DNA from: Clostridia bacterium
Lineage (GTDB): Bacteria; Bacillota; Clostridia; Oscillospirales; CAG-272
DNA length: 64,000 nt
Assembly: GCA_017466685.1 (NCBI GenBank)
Contig: JAFTTS010000065.1
Location: forward strand, 4,581 to 68,580
Reading direction: 5' to 3'
The notes under the pieces were generated by a model. That model saw nothing but the letters and a program-made list of their open reading frames with translations. It ran no database searches and was not told the DNA's origin. Of the stretch, positions 44,894 to 53,384 are shown piece after piece. A program made the translations under genes and the position numbers. The first letter of the stretch is position 1, and every line of letters starts with the position of its first letter.

Positions 44894-45236
44894 TAATAAG
44901 ATATGGCGATTATTTTTTAATATTGGTACAATCATAGGTTGTCACCAAATGCCTGAAAGAAGTTTTTTCATTAAGAACTATCAATTTCCCGTATGTGCGA
45001 GATGCACAGGGGTTCTTATAGGGTATTTATTAGGAATATTGCTTCATTTTGTAATAGGTACAAGAATACTATGGTGTTTAGCTGCTTGCTCTGTAATGTT
45101 TATTGATTGGTTTTTGCAATATATCGATGTGAAACCATCAACAAATTTGCGAAGAATCATCACCGGAATCATCGGGGGCTATGGAACGATTGGTATATAT
45201 ATTCTTGGTATAAAGTATGTAGCAAAATTCCTTTGA
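44877..45236 (+). CDS. DUF2085-like membrane protein
   Basis: GCHQMPERSFFIKNYQFPVCARCTGVLIGY is the signature I associate with DUF2085. Overlaps the previous gene by 17 nt. Confidence 0.65.
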   Translation: MDTPTNNKIWRLFFNIGTIIGCHQMPERSFFIKNYQFPVCARCTGVLIGYLLGILLHFVIGTRILWCLAACSVMFIDWFLQYIDVKPSTNLRRIITGIIGGYGTIGIYILGIKYVAKFL

Positions 45237-45293
45237 TGGTGAGTGCATAAGAAATAAAAATTTTTGTCATCACTAACTTAATAATCCGATTAC

Positions 45294-45368
45294 GGTATGG
45301 TTCTTATCTCCGCTGTTGCGCTCGAAGAAGGTATGAATAAGTAAGATTCGGTTTTGCCGATAAAAAAG
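45294..45368 (+). repeat. Direct repeat DR2 (decayed copy of the GGGtGRT gene 3' end)
   Basis: GGTATGGTTCTTATCTCCGCTGTTGCGCTCGAAGAAGGTATGAATAAGTAA reads GMVLISAVALEEGMNK*, against GMTVACAVAVQEGMNK* in the intact gene. It is followed by GATTCGGTTTTGCCGATAAA. Confidence 0.85.
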
Positions 45369-45404
45369 TTGTGCTGCATTTGAGTGGTACAACTTTTTCT
45401 TTTA
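45364..45404 (+). terminator. Terminator after cassette A (DUF2085 gene)
   Basis: 9-bp stem AAAAGTTGT/ACAACTTTT followed by a T-run. Confidence 0.65.
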
Positions 45405-45563
45405 TATGCAATAAATTTCATAATTTTAGCCAAACCACTTTATTTTTAGAAGTGATTGTGATATAATATCCTTGTCAGCCAATATCTATATAACATCATG
45501 GTTTTTGGATGCGTTAATTCCCATTGGAACACTTTTATTCAAAATAAGAAAAGAGGCAAAATA

Positions 45564-46241
45564 ATGAAAAAGATCAATAGTGTAATTTGGGGTATCATTC
45601 TTATCGCGGCAGGTGTGTTGTTTGCACTGAATGCCTTGAACATAACTAACATCGACATCTTTTTTGACGGTTGGTGGACGTTGTTTATCATCGTGCCCTG
45701 CGCGGTTGGGTTAGTTACCGAGCGCGAAAAAACCGGTAATATAATCGGAGTTGCCGTTGGTGTGTTTCTCCTGCTTTGCTGTCAGGAGATTTTGAGCTTT
45801 TCTTTGCTCTGGAAGCTCCTTGTTCCTGCCATTATCGTAATTATTGGACTTAAGATGGTGTTTACGGGCTTGTTTAACAATAGGGCAAACGAAATCATGG
45901 AGAAGATGAAACAAAACGGTGATGAACCGAAGTTCGGCTGTGCTACGTTCTCCGGCTGTGATCTTAATTATGACGGTGAAATTTTTGAAGGTGCAGAGCT
46001 TACTGCCACCTTCGGAGGTGTGAAATGCGACCTGCGGAATGCCATTATCGAAAAAGATTGCGCTATTCAAGTGTCTGCTATATTTGGCGGAATTGATATT
46101 TTGGTTTCGGATAATGTTAATGTAAAGGTCAATTCAAATTGCATATTCGGCGGAATCTCTAATAAAACCGTTGCTCATAAAGATGCTCCCACTATTTACA
46201 TAAACGGCACGTGTATGTTCGGAGGAGTTGAGATTAAATGA
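45564..46241 (+). CDS. LiaF-like (cell-wall-active antibiotic response) membrane protein
   Basis: N-terminal TM helices, then ATFGGVKCDL...SAIFGGIDILV...CIFGGIS...CMFGGVEI repeats typical of the LiaF C-terminal domain. AAGAGG RBS before ATG 45564. Confidence 0.65.
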   Translation: MKKINSVIWGIILIAAGVLFALNALNITNIDIFFDGWWTLFIIVPCAVGLVTEREKTGNIIGVAVGVFLLLCCQEILSFSLLWKLLVPAIIVIIGLKMVFTGLFNNRANEIMEKMKQNGDEPKFGCATFSGCDLNYDGEIFEGAELTATFGGVKCDLRNAIIEKDCAIQVSAIFGGIDILVSDNVNVKVNSNCIFGGISNKTVAHKDAPTIYINGTCMFGGVEIK

Positions 46242-47047
46242 CAACATTTCAGAAAGTAATCAAATATTTGTCGATAGCGTTTGCACTTTTTCTTACCGTA
46301 AGTATCATCGGAGGAGCTTTAGGTCTTATCGGTCGGCTCGGCGGTTTGCTTGACGGTGATAATGTTATGGAAGATGCCGAGGTATATGCAGTATCCGATA
46401 ATATTACTGCGCTTAATATAAAAATAAACGCTGCCGATTTCACTATCAAGCAGTCGGATAAATTTTCAGTTGAGAGCAATTTAAAGCATCTTACCGTGAA
46501 AGAAGACGATGGCGTTCTTATTATTAAGGAAGCAAAGACGTTTGGGATCACATACACCGATGCCGTGCTTATACTTAACATTCCCGAAGGAATGAAATTT
46601 GAAAAGGTCGATATAACGACAGGCGCAGGCGTAGTGGCTGTTGATGCACTGTCCGCAGACTCATTGACGCTTGAGCTTGGTGCCGGTGAAGTTAAAATCA
46701 ATTCGCTGACGGCAGACAGAAATGTCAATATAGACGGAGGCGCAGGAAAGATCACGATTGCAGGCGGTTCACTTCGCAATCTTGACCTTGGCATGGGCGT
46801 CGGACAGCTTAATCTGATGGCGGCTGTTCTTGGAAACAGTGATTTTGATTTAGGTATTGGCGAAACGAACATCACTTTGATCGGCACAAAAGATGATTAT
46901 TCCATTGACGTTGAAAAAGGTATCGGAAATGTAAGCGTAGACGGCAAAAGCGTGTCTGATAGTGCAGACATTGGCAACGGCGAAAACAATATTGAAATAA
47001 GCGGCGGTATCGGTGCGATAAATTTAGTTTTCGCAGATGAGGAATAA
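46238..47047 (+). CDS. DUF4097 / LiaG-like beta-helical protein with an N-terminal TM anchor
   Basis: Repetitive G.G.v.i strands (TTGAGVVAVD, LGAGEVKIN, GGAGKITIA, GIGETNITL, GIGNVSVDG). ATGA overlap with the LiaF-like gene. Confidence 0.65.
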   Translation: MTTFQKVIKYLSIAFALFLTVSIIGGALGLIGRLGGLLDGDNVMEDAEVYAVSDNITALNIKINAADFTIKQSDKFSVESNLKHLTVKEDDGVLIIKEAKTFGITYTDAVLILNIPEGMKFEKVDITTGAGVVAVDALSADSLTLELGAGEVKINSLTADRNVNIDGGAGKITIAGGSLRNLDLGMGVGQLNLMAAVLGNSDFDLGIGETNITLIGTKDDYSIDVEKGIGNVSVDGKSVSDSADIGNGENNIEISGGIGAINLVFADEE

Positions 47048-47051
47048 AATT

Positions 47052-47081
47052 TAAGTAAGATTCGGCTTTGCCGATAAATAG
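47052..47081 (+). repeat. Direct repeat DR3
   Basis: TAAGTAAGATTCGGCTTTGCCGATAAATAG differs from DR1 by one base (29 of 30 match). Confidence 0.85.
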
Positions 47082-47117
47082 AGCACATCACATTTACTCT
47101 ATGTGGTGTGCTTTTTA
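47082..47117. terminator. Terminator after cassette B (bidirectional with the small minus-strand gene)
   Basis: 11-bp stem AGCACATCACA/TGTGGTGTGCT (one G-U pair), then TTTTT. Confidence 0.7.
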
Positions 47118-47384
47118 TATGTCATGGTGTAAAATTTCAAGCATTGTTTGTGCGCCGAGGCGAAAGGCTTTGATGAATAAATCCTCGGCGGCAACGCCCT
47201 CACGGCTGATTAGAAGCGAAACGCACGCATCATACTCGAGTTGCTTTTCCTCTGAAAGATTGCGGAAAAAGTTTTCCTCGGCTTCTTGTATTTGCTTGGT
47301 TAGGTTTTTATATTCGTCGGTTTTGCAGGGGATGCGGTCGAGTGGTGTGACGTCTCCGGTGTAAAGGTCTTTTAGTATGCTCAT
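47115..47384 (-). CDS. Small hypothetical protein (89 aa)
   Basis: AAGGAG RBS, helical acidic sequence. No family assigned with confidence. Confidence 0.5.
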   Translation of the reverse strand: MSILKDLYTGDVTPLDRIPCKTDEYKNLTKQIQEAEENFFRNLSEEKQLEYDACVSLLISREGVAAEDLFIKAFRLGAQTMLEILHHDI

Positions 47385-47518
47385 GGGAGGATCTCCTTTT
47401 TATTTATTGTTAAGGATAGTATATCATAAATTTTGTTTGAATGTTGACTCTATGGAGTTGGATTTGTTACAAAAGTGTAAATTATGGTTTGATGCTCCGA
47501 TTGTCGTGAGCCGTTCTC

Positions 47519-47701
47519 GCCCTCATCCGTCACGCCGTATAGCGTGACACCTTCCCCCAAGGGAAGGCTTTGGGTAACTCTGAGCAATAAAACGGAATAT
47601 GGTGATATCTCAAAAAGTTTCCGATTCATTTTTTATTCGCGTAACCAACTTTAAAGGCTTCCCTTGGGGGAAGCTGTCGAGCTTGCGAGACTGATGAGGG
47701 C
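47519..47701. repeat. Repeat family A, full copy with a longer central region
   Basis: Same termini and the hairpins CCTTCCCCCAAGGGAAGG and CTTCCCTTGGGGGAAG. The right-end 34 nt match copy 39454..39585 except for a single-nt indel. Confidence 0.8.
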
Positions 47702-47711
47702 TATTCCACAC

Positions 47712-47750
47712 AAAAAATCCGCCTCTTTTTTGAGAGACGGATTCGTTTTT
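47712..47750. terminator. Bidirectional terminator at the end of the aldolase operon
   Basis: Stem AATCCGCCTC/GAGACGGATT (one mismatch) with an A-run and a T-run. Confidence 0.65.
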
Positions 47751-47763
47751 ATATGGAAAAGAA

Positions 47764-48546
47764 TTATAAGCTGCTTCTGAACTTGTCAACCTCTTTCATA
47801 ACAGCGCAGAAGGTATCGCCGATAGCGCATACGTCTGCAGTGAGGTTGATAAGACGGTAACCCATATCGTAAAGATCACGCATATTGCCTGTGCCGCCGA
47901 CTGTACCTGCGAGCTTGCCGTATTTGCGTGCGATCTCTGCAACACGACGCTTTGCTTCAATAGTCTTGTCGTTACCGATGTTGCAGGGCTGACCGAGAGA
48001 ATGAGAGAAGTCTGCAGGACCGAAGAACAGCATATCAATGCCGGGAACCTGTGCGATCTCTTCAACCTGCTCGTAAGCTTCGATATCCTCGATCTGGATG
48101 ATGGTGAGCTTCTGCTCGTTAGAATATTTGATGTAATCTTCAACGCCCATCATGCAGTACATACCGTCACCGTTACCACCGTCGATCGGGCGGCGTCCGA
48201 TGGGATGGAACTTGGTGTAATATGCAACCTGCTTTGCATCCTCAACGCCCATAACGTGAGGAACCATGATTGCTGTTGCGTCCATCTCGAGAGGACGGGT
48301 GAGGTTGGAGTATGCGCCGCGTGTTGTACGGACGATCGTTTCTGCACCGCGTGCCTTTGCTGCATAGAATGCGTGCATTACCTCGTTATAATCGGAGGGA
48401 ACGTGCTCCATGTCAAGCCAGATCGCGTCGAAGCCTGCATAAGCGGCGATCTCTGCACAGAAGGGATGTGTGATGTTGAGCTTTGCTGATACGACAAGCT
48501 CGTCGCGGCGAAGCTTTTCGATCATGGGACTGTTTTTCTGAACCAT
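47764..48546 (-). CDS. HpcH/HpaI-family 2-keto-3-deoxy-sugar-acid aldolase
   Basis: GFDAIWLDMEH...VRTT...MVPHV...IQIEDIEA...DMLFFGPADFS pattern. ATG 48546 is preferred over the TTG at 48567. Confidence 0.8.
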   Translation of the reverse strand: MVQKNSPMIEKLRRDELVVSAKLNITHPFCAEIAAYAGFDAIWLDMEHVPSDYNEVMHAFYAAKARGAETIVRTTRGAYSNLTRPLEMDATAIMVPHVMGVEDAKQVAYYTKFHPIGRRPIDGGNGDGMYCMMGVEDYIKYSNEQKLTIIQIEDIEAYEQVEEIAQVPGIDMLFFGPADFSHSLGQPCNIGNDKTIEAKRRVAEIARKYGKLAGTVGGTGNMRDLYDMGYRLINLTADVCAIGDTFCAVMKEVDKFRSSL

Positions 48547-48578
48547 TGTATTTATAATTCCTTTCAAAAATTGATTAC

Positions 48579-49385
48579 TTATATACAGGTGTATCCGCCG
48601 TCAACGGGAATACTTAAACCGGTAAGGTAAGCCGAAGCGTCAGATGCGAGAAGCAGGATCGGACCCTTGATGTCGTCGCCGTTTGCGAGACGTCCAACCT
48701 GGGTGTGAAGCGAATACTTCTCTGCGAAAAGGGGATTTGTACGGTCAGACTGCAGACCACCGGGGCAGACTGCGTTTATGCGGACACCGTACTGTCCGTA
48801 ATAGCTTGCCGCATGACGTACCCACGCGGAAAGTCCCGATTTGTCAACCGAGTAAGCGTGACCGTATGCGCCGGGAACCATCTGAGGATTGCCGTCATAG
48901 TTATGTTTTTCAATGCCGATAAGTCCCATCATGGAACCGAAAACGACGATCGAACCGCTCTTCTGCTTTATCATCTGCTCACCAACAAGCTGGAGAAGAT
49001 AAAGCGAGCTTGCGGAGTTAACGCGAACATTCTGCTCAAGCTTTATCGGATCCTCATCCCAACCGATACCGTCACCGCCCTGCGGAATGATACGGCTGCA
49101 ATGGATGAACGAATCGATACGTCCGCAGTCGTCGATAACCTCTTTAACGAGATTTTCAACGCTTGCAACGTCATCGAGGTCGAAAGCGATAGCCTTTGCC
49201 TGTACACCCTTGGTCTCACGAAGCTCCTCGATAAAGGGCTGTGCGGATTCGATGGTGTGGCTTGCAAGGTAGATATTCGCGCCTGCATCGGCAAGAGCGA
49301 GAGTTGCGCCGAGACCGTACATTGCACGGCCGCCGGTGATAAGGACATTTTTGCCCTTCATGCTTAAAAGATCGAATGTATTCAT
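48579..49385 (-). CDS. SDR-family oxidoreductase
   Basis: NVLITGGRAMYGLG cofactor loop, YSVDKSG catalytic motif, and a VNAVCPGG block. AGGTGGG RBS before ATG 49385. Confidence 0.8.
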   Translation of the reverse strand: MNTFDLLSMKGKNVLITGGRAMYGLGATLALADAGANIYLASHTIESAQPFIEELRETKGVQAKAIAFDLDDVASVENLVKEVIDDCGRIDSFIHCSRIIPQGGDGIGWDEDPIKLEQNVRVNSASSLYLLQLVGEQMIKQKSGSIVVFGSMMGLIGIEKHNYDGNPQMVPGAYGHAYSVDKSGLSAWVRHAASYYGQYGVRINAVCPGGLQSDRTNPLFAEKYSLHTQVGRLANGDDIKGPILLLASDASAYLTGLSIPVDGGYTCI

Positions 49386-49395
49386 CTCGCCCACC

Positions 49396-50160
49396 TCATT
49401 TCGCGATATATCCGCCATCAACGGGCATTGTTATACCTGTGATGAACTCGGATGCGTCGGATGCCAAAAATACTACTGCCGCGGCGATATCGTCTGCCTT
49501 TGCAAGACGCTTTGCCTGATTGTGACGAGTGAATGCTGTTCTAAATTCCTCGGAGCAGCTTCCTTCAACGGGAGCGAATGCAACTGCGTTACAACGGCAG
49601 CCGTTTTCTGCGAGGTAGTTGGACGCCTGTCTTGCATAGTTGACAGCGCCGCCGGAGATGAAGCCCTTGACGAATGAGAAGTCTGTATCCTTCTCGCCGG
49701 GGCAGTTCTGATAGTTAACGGGATCGTAACCGACGAGCGCACCGTAATCGGCAACAAGGATAACGCTTCCGTGTCCCTGCTCGGCAAGAATACGTCCGAG
49801 ACTCTGTACGGTCAGCATAAGACCGAGCTCGGTTTTCGAGAGCTGATCGTAAATTTCGTTATAGGTCTGCTTCCAGCCCTTGACGGGTGTATAGAGACCG
49901 TTTTCTATAACGATATCGAGTGTACCCATCTTTGCGCGAACTTCATTTGCGAGGTTCGCCGCAGATTCGGTGTCGCCGTGTGTATATGTAAGCTTGCCTG
50001 CAACGGTAACGCCAAGATCAGCGTCGGCATTGCCTGCTGTCCATATTTCTGCACCTGCGGCGGCAAGACCTTGTGCGATCTCGCGGCTGTAAGGATTCTC
50101 GGGGCAGACGATTAACGCCTTTTTGCCCGCGAGAGAAAAGCGGTCAAGGATATTAGTCAT
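49396..50160 (-). CDS. SDR-family oxidoreductase (divergent cofactor loop)
   Basis: About 250 aa, KALIVCPEN...VNYARQ...CNAVAF...ITGITMPVDGGY. SDR length and C-terminus. Confidence 0.65.
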   Translation of the reverse strand: MTNILDRFSLAGKKALIVCPENPYSREIAQGLAAAGAEIWTAGNADADLGVTVAGKLTYTHGDTESAANLANEVRAKMGTLDIVIENGLYTPVKGWKQTYNEIYDQLSKTELGLMLTVQSLGRILAEQGHGSVILVADYGALVGYDPVNYQNCPGEKDTDFSFVKGFISGGAVNYARQASNYLAENGCRCNAVAFAPVEGSCSEEFRTAFTRHNQAKRLAKADDIAAAVVFLASDASEFITGITMPVDGGYIAK

Positions 50161-50163
50161 TTC

Positions 50164-51138
50164 TTATACCCTCTCTTTGATCTCGTCGAGGTATACGCGG
50201 CGTCCGCCCTCTTCACGGCTTCTGAGACCTGCGATGAGGATCTTTGCCATTTCGATCGTATCGGAGAAAGGATGATCGTCCTCGCCTGTACGCAGATAGT
50301 GTGCGAATACGTCGAGCTGCTTCTTGAACGCATGGTAGGAGTCGCCGTCGGTAAGTACGCATGAGCCGTACTCTGCCATAACGGTCATACCGTTGGAAGC
50401 GAAGCCGTAACCCATAGGGATGCTTACGTCACAGCCGTTCTTATGGTGAACGTGTACCATTGCCTTGTCGTGATCGCCGAGGTTCTGAACCCACTCGAAG
50501 CCTGCGCCGAGGAGCGGATACATATACTCGATTGCGTGCATACCGTAGGTTTCCCAGTATTTAGCCATCGGGCTTACGATATAGCGGATCTTACCGAGCT
50601 CATAGTGGTTCTTATAGAAGGGCTCGGCGGATTTGATGTAACGCATGGAGGAAGAAGACTGGATGTGTGCACCCTCGTCATACCACTTTACGATGGTACG
50701 GAGGTCTTCTTCGTTGTCAGTAAGGGGCTTATCAATGAAGATCGGCAGACCTGCCTCAATAAACGGACGGCAGCGTTCGACGTGCTCTGCGCCTATGTCA
50801 GTTGCACAGATAATAGCGTCAACCTGACCGATCATTTCGGTGGGATCGGTTACAACGTTCGGGATGTGAGCAGCCCTTGCACAGTTTTCAGCCATTGCAC
50901 GGTCCTCGTAACCGGTGAAGCAAACGTGTGTTATTTTAACGCCGGGGATGCCGATGGTGCTTTCGGGCTGTTTGTTAAGGTACTGCGGAATGGTGGGATA
51001 AAGCTCATGTGTCCACTTGTACATTTCGTCCTTGTCGTAGCCGTTGATCATGGCACTCCAGGAGAAGGGATGAGCGTTACCCTCGGTCATGCCGAGAATA
51101 CCGATGCGGATTTCTTTGTCTTTAAGCGGGAAATTCAT
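50164..51138 (-). CDS. Gfo/Idh/MocA-like oxidoreductase
   Basis: IRIGILGM...AIICATDIGAEHVERCRPFIEAGLPIFIDKP shows the NAD-binding domain organisation of the family. Confidence 0.6.
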   Translation of the reverse strand: MNFPLKDKEIRIGILGMTEGNAHPFSWSAMINGYDKDEMYKWTHELYPTIPQYLNKQPESTIGIPGVKITHVCFTGYEDRAMAENCARAAHIPNVVTDPTEMIGQVDAIICATDIGAEHVERCRPFIEAGLPIFIDKPLTDNEEDLRTIVKWYDEGAHIQSSSSMRYIKSAEPFYKNHYELGKIRYIVSPMAKYWETYGMHAIEYMYPLLGAGFEWVQNLGDHDKAMVHVHHKNGCDVSIPMGYGFASNGMTVMAEYGSCVLTDGDSYHAFKKQLDVFAHYLRTGEDDHPFSDTIEMAKILIAGLRSREEGGRRVYLDEIKERV

Positions 51139-51182
51139 TGTGGTGTCCTCCTAAATTCTTTCTTTAAAAATTTTTTCTTTAT

Positions 51183-52115
51183 TTATGCTTTCGGCCATAA
51201 GCCGGGATCAAGAAGCTCTCTGGGACTATCCCCGAATGCTTCATGGATCTCATTCATTTGCTCCGCAGAGAGCTCTACTGTCTGACCGATCAGTTCAACG
51301 TTTGATTTGACCTGGTCTGTGTTTTCGCAGCCGAGCACGAGACTTGTGAAGCCCTTGATGCTCGAAACGTACGAAATCGCAAGAGCTGCGGGAGAGAGGT
51401 TATATTTTTCGCAGAACGAACGGAATTTAACGAGCGTCGGACGGCAGAACTGCATACGATCCTCAAGCTTATCGGGATCGCGGAACACAAGTCCCTGCAG
51501 GTATACACTGCGTACGAAGATCATCATTCCTGCCTTGCGAATCTTTTCGATACCGCCGTTTATAACCTGTCCGCAGTCGAAAAGGTTAAGGGGTATCTGA
51601 ACTGCATCGAAGCCGGACTCGGCAACGTCACCGTAATCGTGATTTGAATAAACGGAAACGCCCGAATAGAGTATATCGCCCGATGCCTTAAGCTCGTTAA
51701 ATACGGTTCTCATGTTTTCCTTGTCGTTAAGATAATCATCAAAGCGATGGAGCATTAAGAGCGGTATCTTTTTAAGACCGAGGCGTTTTTTTGATTCTTC
51801 GACCTTGGTGCGTACACATTCTCTCAGCGCATCGAGAGAAGAATGGTCAAGCTCGAATATTTTGGTGACGATGAACGGATGCTCGGATTCGGGCTTGGTT
51901 TTAAGCCATTTACCGATAACCTCCTCGGAGTCACCGTAGCCTGCGGCAGTGTCGAGCGTGTTGATACCGTTTGTCATTGCCGTATTAAGAATGTCAAAAG
52001 CGGTTTCAAGCGAGGGTTTGCCGCCGGTGTTGTTGATGCCGTAATTAAGACCGAGCTGTACTGTACCGAGTGACAGCGCGGAAACGGTTACACCTTTGAT
52101 GGTTGTTGCTTTCAT
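51183..52115 (-). CDS. Aldo/keto reductase
   Basis: LSLGTVQLG...INTLDTAAGYGDSEEVIG. AAGGAAAGGAAG RBS before ATG 52115. Confidence 0.8.
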   Translation of the reverse strand: MKATTIKGVTVSALSLGTVQLGLNYGINNTGGKPSLETAFDILNTAMTNGINTLDTAAGYGDSEEVIGKWLKTKPESEHPFIVTKIFELDHSSLDALRECVRTKVEESKKRLGLKKIPLLMLHRFDDYLNDKENMRTVFNELKASGDILYSGVSVYSNHDYGDVAESGFDAVQIPLNLFDCGQVINGGIEKIRKAGMMIFVRSVYLQGLVFRDPDKLEDRMQFCRPTLVKFRSFCEKYNLSPAALAISYVSSIKGFTSLVLGCENTDQVKSNVELIGQTVELSAEQMNEIHEAFGDSPRELLDPGLWPKA

Positions 52116-52316
52116 TGGGTTGCTTCCTTTCCTTTGCAAGATTATGAAATTTTCAAATCTTTCTTTCTTCGGCAGAACGCATATTATAAATGCTATAAAC
52201 TACCATCTTTAATTATACACAACATATATCTAAAAGTCAAGGGGGATGGGAAAATTAACAATCTGTTTGAGATTTTTATTGGTAGAGGACAAACAAGTCG
52301 AAATTATGTCCGAAAC

Positions 52317-53231
52317 TCAAAAATTTATCTTCTCGATTCTGACGTTCGAGTATATCTTTTCGATGTCGGCACCAAGCGGCGGATTTGTACCCTCACGCAG
52401 ACAAGCGGCAGAACCGTATGAGACTGCGGTTTTAAGACGTGTTTCGGAGTCACCGTCAGCACAAATGAAGCCGGCAATCGAGCTGTCGCCAGCCCCAATG
52501 GTTGAGCGCACGTCGATTTTCGGAACATAAGCGCGGTATATTTCGCCACCGTTTGCAAGTATAGCACCGTCGCCGCCGAGCGAGATCATGACGTTTTCGA
52601 TGCCGTCATTACCAAGTTCAAGCGCTTTTTTGTAAAGCTCGTCCTCGCTCATTTTGCCGCCGAAATAGGCTTCGATCTCCTCGCTGTTAGGCTTGATGAG
52701 CCATGGCTTTATACGGCGGAGCATTTCGAGCGTCACCGATTTTGAATCAATGACGAGCTTTACTCCCCGTTCCTTCAAGCGCACGAGAAACACCTCGGCA
52801 TCCTCAGCGGTGATACCCTCGGGCAGACTTCCCGTAAAGGTAACGATGCCGCCGTCCGGGATGAGCTTTTCAACGTCACAAAGCAGGGAAGCGTCACACG
52901 AGAAGCCCTTGAATGAAAGACGTGTTTCCTTGCCGTCTGACGGGTGTACGGTGATGTTTTCGCGGATGCGTCCGTCACATTCGATTATTTTGCAGTCAAG
53001 TCCCTCTTTTTTGACACCACTCTTGAAATCGCCCGAATTATCGTTGCCGAGTATCAGAATGGCGGTGTTTGCGATTTTATTTTCGTTCAGTGCACGGGAT
53101 ATATTTATGCCTTTTCCTCCGATGTCGCGACTTACCGAATCTGCGGTGTTTTCGCGATGGATGGTGAAGGTATCGATATTCACGTGTACGTCATATGCCG
53201 GATTTAATGTGAGTGTGGTTATTTCGGGCAT
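52317..53231 (-). CDS. 1-phosphofructokinase-family hexose-phosphate kinase (PfkB; FruK/LacC-like)
   Basis: ITTLTLNPAYD...GGKGINISR...GAGDSSIAGF motifs. Confidence 0.8.
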   Translation of the reverse strand: MPEITTLTLNPAYDVHVNIDTFTIHRENTADSVSRDIGGKGINISRALNENKIANTAILILGNDNSGDFKSGVKKEGLDCKIIECDGRIRENITVHPSDGKETRLSFKGFSCDASLLCDVEKLIPDGGIVTFTGSLPEGITAEDAEVFLVRLKERGVKLVIDSKSVTLEMLRRIKPWLIKPNSEEIEAYFGGKMSEDELYKKALELGNDGIENVMISLGGDGAILANGGEIYRAYVPKIDVRSTIGAGDSSIAGFICADGDSETRLKTAVSYGSAACLREGTNPPLGADIEKIYSNVRIEKINF

Positions 53232-53384
53232 TATGTTATTCTCCTTAATTGTAATTATATTATAATTTTAACATATCTGCATGAAAACGTCAAGTGAAAT
53301 TATCGCTGAATAATCGGGAGTGTGTGCATGGTTTTTTGCCATATCGGGAATACTGCTTTCATACACAAAATCAGGAGGAACAAC

